From an uncultured Candidatus Saccharibacteria bacterium (GTDB lineage: Bacteria > Patescibacteriota > Doudnabacteria > UBA920), in assembly GCA_964453265.1 (NCBI GenBank), contig CAYVNU010000001.1, positions 117,331 to 181,330 on the forward strand: a stretch of 64,000 nt of DNA, given 5' to 3'. The stretch's first letter is position 1. Each line of letters begins with the position of its first letter. Made by a program: the position numbers and the translations under genes. The notes under the pieces are model-generated. The model had not been told where the DNA came from, ran no database searches, and saw only the letters and a list, made by a program, of their open reading frames with translations. This document shows, one piece after another, positions 19,117 through 28,590 of this stretch.

Positions 19117-19659
19117 TTATTTTTTCTTTAAGAAAAATTCTCCGCTAAGTATTATAAAAATAAAAATTAGACTTAGGCCAAGAATCAATGTAAGGGGATT
19201 TTCGGGCCAGTTAATTTTGTGGTTTATATGTCTATGGACAAAGCCGATAAAAATAGCAGCCCACCAGCCGGTTTGAGAAATTAAAGAAGCTAGACCTATG
19301 CGGAAACGCCAAATGGCAGGTACATCTTTAAAAGTCTTAAATTTATCCAGAACTTTTTTTATAACATGTAAAAATATGCCGTTTAACCCGAGCAATACCA
19401 CAAAAAATAATTTTATTATTGTTAAATTGTCTAAGTGGCCTTTTAAAACAATTAAGTTTATACCGGAAATTACTAATCCAAGCCATCCGACCCAAATAAG
19501 CACTTGAGTAATGTTGGCAACTTTCTTAGGCATGCTCAGCGGTTGTTTGTTAATTAAGAGCAAAAAGCCAAAAGTGTCTATAACAATAACCGCGCCAAAG
19601 CCAATAATAAGTGAAATTAAATGTATAAATAATGCTACGTAGAAATGGGTAGTGTTCAT
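19117..19659 (-). CDS. Integral membrane protein, hypothetical
   Basis: 180 aa with 5 predicted TM helices and no motif. Confidence 0.45.
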   Translation of the reverse strand: MNTTHFYVALFIHLISLIIGFGAVIVIDTFGFLLLINKQPLSMPKKVANITQVLIWVGWLGLVISGINLIVLKGHLDNLTIIKLFFVVLLGLNGIFLHVIKKVLDKFKTFKDVPAIWRFRIGLASLISQTGWWAAIFIGFVHRHINHKINWPENPLTLILGLSLIFIFIILSGEFFLKKK

Positions 19660-19696
19660 TTTTGTTTTTAAAGATGAATGATGATATTATTATAAC

Positions 19697-21151
19697 ATGA
19701 AGAATTTTCATCAATTGCCGGAAAAACTTCCGCCCACCATTTTAACCATTTTTGGCGCCACCGGAGATTTGTCAGCAGAGTATTTATTACCCGCCTTGCA
19801 TCATATGGATATGGAGGGTTTATTGCCCGATAATTTTAGATTAGTCTGCGTTGGCAGGCGCGAATTTACTACCGATGAATATTTGGATTTTGTGGTTAAA
19901 AAATCAAAATATTTAAAAAATTTAAGCAAGGGGAAGGCTAGAAAACATTTTTTAAAGCACTTAACTTATTTCCAGGGAGATTTTGAAAAACCGGAAAGTT
20001 TTAAAAATTTAGCGGTGTTGCTGGAAGATAAAGACGCTAAACAACATGAGTGTTACAATCGTTTGTATTATTTTGCCACCAGTCCGCAACTGTTTGCTCA
20101 AATTGCCAATATATTAAAAACCTCAGGCCTTTTAATGTCCTGTAGTAAGCACAGCAGGCAAACCCGTGTATTGGTAGAAAAGCCTTTTGGTTTTAATTTA
20201 GAATCAGCTCAGGCATTAAATAAATTATTACTAAAGTATTTTTCTGAAGAACAAATTTATCGAATAGACCATTATGTGGGTAAAGAAACCGTTCAGAATT
20301 TAATTGTAGCTAGGTTTGGTAATTCAATATTTGAGCCGTTATGGAATAAAGAATTTGTTGATCATGTGGAAATTAGCGTTTTGTATAAAGATGGAGTTAA
20401 ACGCAGGGCAGAATTTTATAATCAAACCGGAGCGTTAAAAGATATTGTACAAAATCACGCTTTGCAAATGCTGGCCTTAATTTTAATGGATGAACCGAAA
20501 GAATTAACAGCTGAATTTATTCGCGACGAAAAAGTTAAAATTTTGTCCGCATTGCAGCCCTTAAGTCAGAAGACCGTAAATAGTTTTTTGCTAAAAGGCC
20601 AATATGCCGGTTTTAGCAAAGAGCTGGGCAAAAAAACCGAAACCGAAACTTATGTCGCGCTGAAAACTTTTGTTAACACAGTGCGCTGGCAAAACGTGCC
20701 GATTTATATTCGTACCGGCAAGGCGCTTTCTAAAACCGTAACAGAAATTTCTATTCATTTTAAGGAGTTAAAAAGGTGTTTGTTTAAAGGCTGCGCGGGT
20801 AATGTATTAACCTTTCGCATTCAGCCAGATGAAGCGGTGCATTTACAAATAAACAATAAAATTCCGGGTTTCGGCATTCATTTGCATCAGTCTAAATTGG
20901 AGTTTAGTTATGGGGCGGAATTTAAAGGCGAGATTCCCGGCGCTTATGAAAGGCTTCTGCTTGATTTTATGCAGGGCGATCAGCGTTTGTTTATTCGCAG
21001 CGATGAAATCGAAGCTGCTTGGAAGTATATAGACTCAATTACTGCTGCTTGGAAAAATTTGTCCCTGTACTTGTATTCGCAAGGCAGCAGCGGGCCGAAA
21101 GAAGCCGCCGAGTTTATAGAAAAAGATTTAAGGGAGTGGCGGACAAATTAA
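19697..21151 (+). CDS. zwf: Glucose-6-phosphate 1-dehydrogenase
   Basis: 'IFGATGDLSAEYLLPAL' NADP-binding motif, 'RIDHYVGKETVQNL' active-site motif and a length of ~480 aa. Confidence 0.85.
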   Translation: MKNFHQLPEKLPPTILTIFGATGDLSAEYLLPALHHMDMEGLLPDNFRLVCVGRREFTTDEYLDFVVKKSKYLKNLSKGKARKHFLKHLTYFQGDFEKPESFKNLAVLLEDKDAKQHECYNRLYYFATSPQLFAQIANILKTSGLLMSCSKHSRQTRVLVEKPFGFNLESAQALNKLLLKYFSEEQIYRIDHYVGKETVQNLIVARFGNSIFEPLWNKEFVDHVEISVLYKDGVKRRAEFYNQTGALKDIVQNHALQMLALILMDEPKELTAEFIRDEKVKILSALQPLSQKTVNSFLLKGQYAGFSKELGKKTETETYVALKTFVNTVRWQNVPIYIRTGKALSKTVTEISIHFKELKRCLFKGCAGNVLTFRIQPDEAVHLQINNKIPGFGIHLHQSKLEFSYGAEFKGEIPGAYERLLLDFMQGDQRLFIRSDEIEAAWKYIDSITAAWKNLSLYLYSQGSSGPKEAAEFIEKDLREWRTN

Positions 21152-21182
21152 AAACCCAAAAGTTTTAACTTTTGGGTTTTTA
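21151..21182. terminator. Bidirectional terminator between zwf and helicase gene
   Basis: aaaacccaaaagtt..aacttttgggttttt. Confidence 0.7.
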
Positions 21183-21184
21183 AT

Positions 21185-22591
21185 TTAAAATGGGTTATTG
21201 TAAGTATTAGCTTTGTGCCGGAAATTTCCGCGAGTTTTATTAAACCTGCCAGAAGAATGTTTAAAATTATTTTTGCTTTTATCGCTTTTGGAAAATGGGC
21301 TACGCAAAGGTCTTGGAGCAGGGGACTGTTGTTGATTACCAAAGCGGTCGGCTTTTTCCATAGATTGCCTGTTGGGCATGCGAGTGCCGCGGAAGCCGGA
21401 ATAAAAATTATTTTGTGGTCTTGCTAAATTGCTTTGTCCGTAAGTTCTTTCTTCTTTAGGCATGGTCTTTAGTCCCGCGGGTACGCTTGAAACTGGCAAT
21501 TGTTTTTTTATTAAGCGTTCAATGCTGCGAATATCGAATTTTTGGTCCGGGGTGGCAAAAGAAATTGCATGGCCGGTGTGCTGAGCTCTGCCGGTTCTGC
21601 CAATTCTATGTACGTAGTCTTCGGCATTTTCTGGTAAATCGTAGTTAATTACCAGTTCAATACCGGTTACGTCTATACCACGAGCGGCAATGTCGGTTGC
21701 AATCATAACTCGATATTTGCCCAACTTAAAACCGTTTAAGGCCTCAAGTCTTTGGTTTAAAGACCTGTTGGAATGGATTTCAGTTGAAGTATGACCGATT
21801 TTTTTAACCGCTGCGGCAACTTTTTTAGCGCCGAATTTAGTTCTGGTAAAAACTAGTACGCTGCCTTTGTATTCTGTTAGTAAGTTATCTAGTAAAGAAA
21901 GTTTTTGTTCTTTGTTTACAAAGAAAACTTCTTGAGTAATATTTTTTGCAGAGCTGCCGGCCGGAGCTACTTCTACGCGTACAGGGAGCTGCATATATGT
22001 TTTGGCAATTTCAACAATCTCTACAGGCATAGTCGCGGAAAATAGCATGGTTTGGTGTTCTTTAGGTACAGTGGCCAAAATTCTTTTAATTTGTGGCGCA
22101 AAACCCATGTCCAGCATTCTATCGGCTTCATCAAGCACTAAAATTTTAACCGCATCAAGTCGGATAGTTTTTTGTTCTAAGTGGTCAATGAGTCTGCCCG
22201 GGGTAGCAATAATAATATGCGGATTATTGCGCAGCATTCTGATTTGTTTGCCAATATTTTCGCCGCCAATTAAAATAGCGGTTTTAAGACCAATTAAACG
22301 GCCGATTCGGTTTAAAGATTCATCTACCTGAACAGCGAGTTCACGGGTTGGTAGAAGTATTAAGCCTTTGCCCTTACTTTGGGCCAAGCGTTGAATCATA
22401 GGTATGCCAAAAGCCAAGGTTTTACCCGTGCCGGTTTGGGCAATACCCATAATATCTTTGCCCAAAAGCGCTGTTGGTATTGACTGCGCTTGAATTGGAG
22501 TTGGGACGGTGAATTTAAGCTTGTCTAAAATTTCCAAAAGTTTTGGAGCAATATTTAGTCCGTCAAAGCTGGTTGGGAGTTGTGGTGTCAT
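21185..22591 (-). CDS. DEAD-box ATP-dependent RNA helicase with basic C-terminal tail
   Basis: Q-motif, 'AQTGTGKT', 'PTRELA', 'VLDEADRMLDMGF', 'SAT' and 'HRIGRTGRA'. Confidence 0.9.
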   Translation of the reverse strand: MTPQLPTSFDGLNIAPKLLEILDKLKFTVPTPIQAQSIPTALLGKDIMGIAQTGTGKTLAFGIPMIQRLAQSKGKGLILLPTRELAVQVDESLNRIGRLIGLKTAILIGGENIGKQIRMLRNNPHIIIATPGRLIDHLEQKTIRLDAVKILVLDEADRMLDMGFAPQIKRILATVPKEHQTMLFSATMPVEIVEIAKTYMQLPVRVEVAPAGSSAKNITQEVFFVNKEQKLSLLDNLLTEYKGSVLVFTRTKFGAKKVAAAVKKIGHTSTEIHSNRSLNQRLEALNGFKLGKYRVMIATDIAARGIDVTGIELVINYDLPENAEDYVHRIGRTGRAQHTGHAISFATPDQKFDIRSIERLIKKQLPVSSVPAGLKTMPKEERTYGQSNLARPQNNFYSGFRGTRMPNRQSMEKADRFGNQQQSPAPRPLRSPFSKSDKSKNNFKHSSGRFNKTRGNFRHKANTYNNPF

Positions 22592-22846
22592 AAAAAAAGC
22601 ATTATAAAACCCCTGTTTTTAGGGGGTGTGGAATTAAACCACTATTTATATAATTATAGCACAACTCTATATTTTTGTCAAATAGAATTTTACGTGAATC
22701 CAATAACTAATAAACATTAGGAAATTTTAGTGCTTCGTGTAGCGTGCCGATTCATCGGCCCGTTCTTTAGATAAGCCCATAAATGGGCACACTACGCTTA
22801 TGTAAGCCAATGGACTCACCTTATATTTATAAGGTATAGTTAAGTT

Positions 22847-23038
22847 ATGGGAAATCAACATCGAGACGACATAAAAATAGGGGCAGAAGTGGAAGTGGTT
22901 TTAAAAGAAGACCAGCGTACCGGAAAACTTACGCGCGGGTTTGTGGAAGAAATTTTAACTAACTCCGGCTTTCATCCGCATGGTATAAAGGTAAGGCTAG
23001 CAGATGGGCAAGTCGGAAGAGTGCAAAATATTTTATGA
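22847..23038 (+). CDS. YwbE-family small protein (DUF2196)
   Basis: 'DIKIGAEVEVVLKEDQRTGKLTRGFVEEILTNSGFHPHGIKVRL..GQVGRV' matches the conserved YwbE pattern. Confidence 0.6.
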   Translation: MGNQHRDDIKIGAEVEVVLKEDQRTGKLTRGFVEEILTNSGFHPHGIKVRLADGQVGRVQNIL

Positions 23039-23346
23039 CTTTTAAAGAGGCGGTTATTTTGTATGTAAAAAAAATTCCCAAAGGGAAAGTTGTAAGTTAT
23101 GGGCAGGTGGCAGCGGTTTGTGGACATCCTCGTGCGGCAAGGCAGGTTGGAGGCATTTTAAAGAGTTTAGATATCTCGTCGGTTAGTATTCCTTGGTGGC
23201 GGGTTATTAACAATCAGGGAGTAATTTCCATAAAAGGCAATTGGACTGCGACAAAAGAGCTGCAACGTGATTTGTTGAAACGCGATGGAATTAAAATAGA
23301 AAAAGATTTTAAAATAAATATTGAAAAATACAGATGGAAAAAATAA
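23035..23346 (+). CDS. Alkyltransferase-like protein (ATL; MGMT DNA-binding domain lacking the acceptor Cys)
   Basis: MGMT C-terminal fold: the helix-turn-helix 'YGQVAAVCGHPRAARQVG' and 'IPWWRVIN' in place of the 'PCHRV' motif (Trp replaces Cys, as in ATL proteins). Confidence 0.6.
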   Translation: MTFKEAVILYVKKIPKGKVVSYGQVAAVCGHPRAARQVGGILKSLDISSVSIPWWRVINNQGVISIKGNWTATKELQRDLLKRDGIKIEKDFKINIEKYRWKK

Positions 23347-23831
23347 CAAAAGAGAGTGGTTTTAGTTTGGTGGAACTTTTGGTGGTAATTGCGATTATTG
23401 GGCTATTATCATCTGTTGTTATTATTGCGACGGCAAATACCAGAAAAAAAGCCAGAGACGTAAAAAGAAAAACCGACCTTGCGCAAATGGGCAGGTTTTT
23501 ATATTCTTCCAGCTGCTATGTGCCAAATTCAGGAGCCGGGGATTACGATTTGGCAGATTTAGTGCCTGAACTTACGGTTAAATACCCACAGCTTGCTCAG
23601 TTTAGTTCTATGCTACCAAAAGACCCAAAGACAGGTACAGAAATACAAACTAATTATCGTTACGCGTACACCGCAGACGGGCACTGCGCGGTTTACGCCA
23701 ATTTTGAAAACCAAGACGAACCTGTAAATTTAAATGTATCAGTAGTAACTCCGTCCGCAGGGCAAGGGGTTTATAAAGCAACAGAAGAAGGAGTAAACGG
23801 CAGTAGTATATATTATCAAATAGGCAAATGA
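23334..23831 (+). CDS. Type IV pilin / pseudopilin (prepilin-type N-terminus)
   Basis: 'GFSLVELLVVIAIIGLLSSVV' is a class III signal with the G|F cleavage site and E+5. Confidence 0.75.
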   Translation: MEKITKESGFSLVELLVVIAIIGLLSSVVIIATANTRKKARDVKRKTDLAQMGRFLYSSSCYVPNSGAGDYDLADLVPELTVKYPQLAQFSSMLPKDPKTGTEIQTNYRYAYTADGHCAVYANFENQDEPVNLNVSVVTPSAGQGVYKATEEGVNGSSIYYQIGK

Positions 23832-24373
23832 ACGAACAAAATTTTAGTTACCAATTAAGGCGCAGTAAAAGAGCGAGACTTATGCGGATTTCGGTTTCTT
23901 GTGACGCGGGTGTTGTGGTAACCGTGCCTTTTTTTATGGAGGAAAGCCGGTTTGAAAAGTTTATTCGGTCTAAAGCAAATTGGATTTTACGAAAAGTAAA
24001 GTACGTTAGCCGGTTTAAAAACTTACCAAGAATAAAAACATCGGCTGTAGAATATCGTAAGTTAAAAATACAAGCGCTAAATTTGGTTAAAGAAAAAGTT
24101 AAATACTGGAATCAGTTTTATAATTTTAATTACAATCGGGTAAGTGTAAAAAACCAAAAAACCCGCTGGGGCAGTTGCAGTAGAAAGGGCAATTTGAATT
24201 TTAACTATAAAATTGTGCATTTGCCCGGGGACCAGCTTGACTATTTAATAGTTCACGAGTTATGTCACTTAAAAGAAATGAATCACGGCCGTGGGTTTTG
24301 GGAACTTGTGGGCCAGACAATTCCTAATTATAAAGTTTTAAGGAAAGAATTAAGAAACGTAATTATAAAATAA
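23828..24373 (+). CDS. DUF45/YgjP-like zinc metallohydrolase (HExxH)
   Basis: 'YLIVHELCHLKEMNHGRGFWELV' is the WLM/SprT-like HExxH...H motif typical of the YgjP family. Confidence 0.65.
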   Translation: MNEQNFSYQLRRSKRARLMRISVSCDAGVVVTVPFFMEESRFEKFIRSKANWILRKVKYVSRFKNLPRIKTSAVEYRKLKIQALNLVKEKVKYWNQFYNFNYNRVSVKNQKTRWGSCSRKGNLNFNYKIVHLPGDQLDYLIVHELCHLKEMNHGRGFWELVGQTIPNYKVLRKELRNVIIK

Positions 24374-24458
24374 TTTGAATACACAAATCCCAAGCAAGCT
24401 TGGTATGGTACGGGCAAGGCTTCTTCCAAAAATACCCAAATAATTAATATAAATATTT

Positions 24459-25010
24459 ATGGATAATCATCAGCCAGTGAATTTGCAAAGTGCCGTGTTT
24501 GGTAACGGGTGTTTTTGGTGCACGGAAGCTATATTTCAAAAATTAATTGGAGTCATTAGCGTAGCACCGGGTTATGCGGGCGGAAGCAAACCCAATCCTA
24601 CTTATGAGGAAGTTTGTAATGGTAATACAGGACACGCGGAAGTTATTAAAATTGAGTATGACCCTGCGCAAATTGAGTACAAGGTTTTACTAGAAGTATT
24701 TTTTTCTACTCACGACCCAACTACTTTAAATAGGCAAGGGAATGACGTGGGGGAACAGTACCGCAGTGTGATTTTTTACGAAAACGATGAACAAAAAAAA
24801 GAAGCTGAGCAATTCATTGCGCAACTTACAGCGGAAAAAGTTTATTCTTCACCAATTGTTACGCAAATAAAACCGCTAGACAAGTTTTACGAAGCTGAAG
24901 ACTACCACCATAATTACTTTGAGCGCAATTCTGGAAAACCATATTGTATGGTGGTTATTAACCCAAAACTGCAAAAATTTAAACAGCATTACGCAAAATT
25001 AATGAAGTAG
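24459..25010 (+). CDS. msrA: Peptide methionine (S)-S-oxide reductase MsrA
   Basis: 'AVFGNGCFWCTEAIFQ' active-site motif. Confidence 0.85.
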   Translation: MDNHQPVNLQSAVFGNGCFWCTEAIFQKLIGVISVAPGYAGGSKPNPTYEEVCNGNTGHAEVIKIEYDPAQIEYKVLLEVFFSTHDPTTLNRQGNDVGEQYRSVIFYENDEQKKEAEQFIAQLTAEKVYSSPIVTQIKPLDKFYEAEDYHHNYFERNSGKPYCMVVINPKLQKFKQHYAKLMK

Positions 25011-25055
25011 TAGGGCTTGTGATATAATTAAACTGTAAAAATTAAGTAAAAGATA

Positions 25056-25982
25056 ATGGAAATAGCAATTTTTGGTTTGGGCAAGATGGGCATGCAAATA
25101 GCTAAAAGGCTGCATAAAAATAATTTTAAAGTTCGGTCTTGGAATCGTTCAGCCGGGCCAAGGGAAGAATTTGAAAAATTTACAAAAGAATTAGACGGAT
25201 CTAACAGTAAAGCTTTTTCTAGTCTCGATGATTTAATTAATGGGATATCGGAACAGCCAAGAATATTTTGGATTATGCTTCTTCAGGAAGTTGTAGAAGA
25301 TTTTTTGTTTAGCAAAGAGCTGCTAGGTGGGCATTTAAAAAAAGGCGACATAGTTATAGACGGCGGCAACAGCCATTATAAAAAAAGTATAGAGCGCGCT
25401 AAAAAACTAAAAGAAAAAGGCGTGCATTTTTTTGACGTGGGCGTAAGCGGTGGAGTCTGGGGGTTTGATAATGGTTTTGCGTTAATGGTTGGCGGGGAAA
25501 AAGAACATTATAAAAATATTGAACCGATTTTAAAAGCTTTGTCTTCCGGGGAAAATTATGGTTTAGTTGGCCCGCACGGCGCCGGGCATTTTGTAAAAAT
25601 GGTGCATAACGGTATTGAGTACGGAATGATGGAAGCTATTGGTGAAGGTTATGGAATTATGAAAGAATCTAAAATGGATTTAGACTTACTTCAGGTTACT
25701 AAAATCTATCAGCACGGCACAGTGGTTAGGTCATGGCTAATAGATTTAGTTAGAAATATTTTTGAAAAAGAAGACATAGAAAATACCAAGGGCGAGATTG
25801 CTATGCTGGGAGAAGGGGAATGGACAGTTCAAACGGCTAAAGAATTGGGTGTGGACGCAAGAGTAATTGAAGACTCCGTAAAAGTGCGTTTAGAAAGTAA
25901 AGACCCTAAAAACCAAAATAAATTTTCCAACAAAATTGTAGCGCTACTTCGTAAGCAGTTTGGCGGTCACAAAGTAAATTGA
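25056..25982 (+). CDS. gnd: 6-phosphogluconate dehydrogenase (decarboxylating), short ~300-aa form
   Basis: 'IAIFGLGKMGMQIAKRL' Rossmann motif and 'HFVKMVHNGIEYGMMEAIGEGY', with the catalytic Lys/Asn/Glu region. Confidence 0.8.
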   Translation: MEIAIFGLGKMGMQIAKRLHKNNFKVRSWNRSAGPREEFEKFTKELDGSNSKAFSSLDDLINGISEQPRIFWIMLLQEVVEDFLFSKELLGGHLKKGDIVIDGGNSHYKKSIERAKKLKEKGVHFFDVGVSGGVWGFDNGFALMVGGEKEHYKNIEPILKALSSGENYGLVGPHGAGHFVKMVHNGIEYGMMEAIGEGYGIMKESKMDLDLLQVTKIYQHGTVVRSWLIDLVRNIFEKEDIENTKGEIAMLGEGEWTVQTAKELGVDARVIEDSVKVRLESKDPKNQNKFSNKIVALLRKQFGGHKVN

Positions 25983-26029
25983 CTATGAATGTAAAAGGTC
26001 TAAATATTATTTAGAGCTAGTAAAAATAT

Positions 26030-26482
26030 ATGTTTAATTTTTTAAGATTTCGCAACAGGCCGGAAGCATCGCCGGATGTTGTTGAAGTAGCCAATTTAGC
26101 TGAAGAAATAAAAAAATACAATATTCGTTTTGAGCTTACAGCGGGAAAGCCAGGGCAACCGCTTGAGTTTGTTTTGGTTTCGGAAAAAACTACAGGTTTA
26201 ACACTGGACAAAACTTTAAACAGCCCTATTAATATTCCTTTAAAAAATATACAGAAAAAATTAAATACAGTGCCCACAATTGAGTTTGAAAGTATTTTTC
26301 CTCTTTATGGCAATGCTCAAAACGCAGGACCGGGTTTGAAATTTACAGTAGCAAAGCAAAATAAAGAGTTGGCGCTTAAAGCTTTGGCTGATTTGGGTAT
26401 TTCGGAGTTTAAAGATAAAAGCCGAGTTATAGATGTAAATTCTTTTGCCGATGGTTATGAGCCAAACAAAAAGTGGTCATGA
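26030..26482 (+). CDS. Hypothetical protein
   Basis: 150-aa ORF with no motif. Its stop overlaps the next start (ATGA). Confidence 0.4.
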   Translation: MFNFLRFRNRPEASPDVVEVANLAEEIKKYNIRFELTAGKPGQPLEFVLVSEKTTGLTLDKTLNSPINIPLKNIQKKLNTVPTIEFESIFPLYGNAQNAGPGLKFTVAKQNKELALKALADLGISEFKDKSRVIDVNSFADGYEPNKKWS

Positions 26483-27132
26483 AGGGTTATTTTTTTGAAA
26501 ATGAAATTAAGCTTTTTAAAAAACTGAATTCGCCCAAGAAGATTCAGGATTTTTTGAATTCACTTACTATCAACTTTGAAAAAAAAGGCGAGACGGTTTA
26601 TTCTCCGAGGATGGTTTTGAAAAATAGAAGCGCCCATTGTATGGAAGGAGCTATGTTTGCGGCGGCTGCTTTGGAATATCATGGTCACAAACCTTATGTA
26701 ATGGATTTACGTTCTATAGACGGGGACTATGACCATGTGGTGGCGGTGTTTAAGCAGTTTGGCTGCTATGGGGCAATAAGTAAAACTAACCATGCTGTCC
26801 TTAGGTACCGCGAACCTATATATCGCACAGTGCGAGAATTAGCTTTGTCTTATTTCCACGAATATTTTGACGACAATGGCAAGAAAACTTTAAGGGAGTA
26901 TAGTGAGCTTTTTGATTTAAGTTGGTTTGACCGAAATAAAATAACCTCCCCTAACCCCTCCTTTAAAAAGGAGGGGAATTGGAGAACATCAGAAAAAAAT
27001 TTGTTTGAAATTCCCGAGAAGTTAGACCAAATAAAACATTATAAAATATTATCGCCAGCCCAAATCAGAAATTTAAGAAAAGCTGATAATATTGAAATTA
27101 AAGCGGGTGAATTACTAGAGTTTAGAAAATAA
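26473..27132 (+). CDS. Hypothetical protein, possibly papain-like/transglutaminase-like (Cys-His-Asp), with in-frame palindrome insertion
   Basis: 'SAHCMEGAMFAAAAL' (Cys), 'DYDHVVAVF' (His/Asp). Residues 'SPNPSFKKEGNW' are encoded by the palindrome cccctcctttaaaaaggagggg. Confidence 0.35.
   Translation: MVMKGYFFENEIKLFKKLNSPKKIQDFLNSLTINFEKKGETVYSPRMVLKNRSAHCMEGAMFAAAALEYHGHKPYVMDLRSIDGDYDHVVAVFKQFGCYGAISKTNHAVLRYREPIYRTVRELALSYFHEYFDDNGKKTLREYSELFDLSWFDRNKITSPNPSFKKEGNWRTSEKNLFEIPEKLDQIKHYKILSPAQIRNLRKADNIEIKAGELLEFRK
26945..26985. repeat. In-frame GC palindrome cccctcctttaaaaaggagggg
   Basis: A perfect 9-bp inverted repeat containing the SD-like AAGGAGG and its complement. It lies inside CDS 26473-27132. 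Confidence 0.6.
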
Positions 27133-27137
27133 AAAAT

Positions 27138-27180
27138 CTGCTTGCCCGCCGAAGCTTTAGCGAAGGAGGGCGCAAGGCAG
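27138..27180. repeat. GC-rich family-2 repeat (intergenic copy)
   Basis: 'ctgcttgcccgccgaagctttagcgaaggagggcgcaaggcag'. Confidence 0.65.
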
Positions 27181-27254
27181 ATAAAATAGAAATAAAAGCC
27201 GGAAAGTTGGTAGAGTATAAGAGTAGTAGCTAAGAGCGAATTGCGAAGAAAAAA

Positions 27255-27348
27255 TTTTAGTCTTCGACTTTATGGAGAAGCTAAAATTTTGGTTTAAAAA
27301 ACTTAATATAATTCTCCACATTTATCCGCCTCTGGAGGAAGGTCTAAT
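27255..27348. repeat. MITE-like repeat, copy E (inverted relative to copy D)
   Basis: 'cttcgactttatggagaag' is the reverse complement of 'cttctccataaagtcgaag'. 'ttctccacatttatccgcctctggaggaaggtc' is the exact reverse complement of 30548-30582. Confidence 0.7.
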
Positions 27349-27413
27349 AATATTAAGTTTCGTAATTTATCTTCTTGAAACAAAGTTCACGTTTGTAATT
27401 AAAAAAGCAGCCG

Positions 27414-28589
27414 TTAAGGGCTGCTTTTTTGGTTTATTATTCTTTTATAGTACTCAACATATTCCGGAACAATTTTTTTACTGCAAAATTTTTCACAAGC
27501 AGCAAGTTTCGCGGCTTCTCCCATTTGTTTTCTTAAATCTGGGTTTGAAATTAAAAGTTTTAAATTTTTAACAAAGCTTTTTATGTCGCCAACTTTGTGT
27601 AAGAAGCCGGTTTTGTTATTTTCTATAACTTCCGGTGTACCACCGCTATTTGTAGCTAAAACAGGGTTTCCATAACCCATTGCCTCTAGAGCGCCCATAC
27701 CAAAGCTTTCGGTTTCGGAAGTAAAAACTGCCACATCAGCCGCGTTTAAATAGTTTTCAATATCTTTAATTTTTTCTTTAACAATTATTTTATTTGAAAT
27801 ACCGAGTTTTTTTACAAGCGGTTTATAAGGAGAAAAATCTGCACCTGACAAAATTAACAGTTTAAATTTTGACTCGTCCCTTAAAGCTGCTACAATCTTT
27901 AATAAATCCGGTATGCGCTTTACCGGGCGAAGATTAGAAAGGTGAATGCCTAGAATATCGGTACCCTTAATTTTTAATCCTTTGCGCATTACGGCGCGTG
28001 ACTTAGTGGGCGTTGGGGGAGAATAGAAGTTATAAATAACTTCTATAGGTTTGTCGGTTTTTAAAACTTTTATAGTTTCTTCTTTTAGGCTTTGCGAAAC
28101 TGTGGTTACTCCGTGGCTTCTTTCTACGGAATATTTTATAACTTCAAATAGCGCAGGGTCTTTGGCTAAAAGCGTTATGTCTGTGCCGTGCAAAGTGGTA
28201 ATAACTTTTAAAAGCGGAATGTTATTTATGAGCATGATTCGTCTGGCTAGCAAAGCTGCTACTGCGTGAGGGACAGCGTAATGCACATGTAGAATATCTA
28301 AACCGATTTGTTTTTGGACTTTTTCTATTTCTACAGCCAAGGGTAAAGTGTAGTCCGGGTACTTAAATAAACTGTATTCGTTAATGTGGACTTTATGAAA
28401 ATGAATCCCCGGATGTTTTTCGGACAATCTAAAAGGCGGTTCATAGGAAATAAAATGAACTTCGTGGCCAAGCTTAGAAAGTTCTAAACCTAAATTAGTG
28501 GCAACAATGCCGCTACCGCCAACAGAGGGGTAGCAGACGATTCCGATTTTGAGTGAGTAGTGAGTAGTGGGTAGTGGGTAGTTAGGCAT
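27414..28589 (-). CDS. bshA: GT4 glycosyltransferase, BshA-like (N-acetyl-alpha-D-glucosaminyl L-malate synthase family)
   Basis: N-terminus 'KIGIVCYPSVGGSGIVATNLGLELSKLGHEVHFIS' closely follows the BshA pattern, and the C-terminal GT4 domain has the 'E..G...E' motif. An N-terminal 'PNYPLPTTHYS' extension is encoded by a 7-mer tandem repeat. Confidence 0.7.
   Translation of the reverse strand: MPNYPLPTTHYSLKIGIVCYPSVGGSGIVATNLGLELSKLGHEVHFISYEPPFRLSEKHPGIHFHKVHINEYSLFKYPDYTLPLAVEIEKVQKQIGLDILHVHYAVPHAVAALLARRIMLINNIPLLKVITTLHGTDITLLAKDPALFEVIKYSVERSHGVTTVSQSLKEETIKVLKTDKPIEVIYNFYSPPTPTKSRAVMRKGLKIKGTDILGIHLSNLRPVKRIPDLLKIVAALRDESKFKLLILSGADFSPYKPLVKKLGISNKIIVKEKIKDIENYLNAADVAVFTSETESFGMGALEAMGYGNPVLATNSGGTPEVIENNKTGFLHKVGDIKSFVKNLKLLISNPDLRKQMGEAAKLAACEKFCSKKIVPEYVEYYKRIINQKSSP
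28558..28586. repeat. Heptamer tandem repeat (GTAGTRR)x4 forming 5' end of bshA
   Basis: 'gagtagtgagtagtgggtagtgggtagtt'. The related motif at 55541-55610 forms a long hairpin. Confidence 0.55.
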
Positions 28590-28590
28590 A

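Noticed and set aside
27272-27571. 99-aa ORF overlapping MITE copy E and the 3' end of bshA
   Set aside because: It is encoded by repeat sequence and is antisense to bshA.
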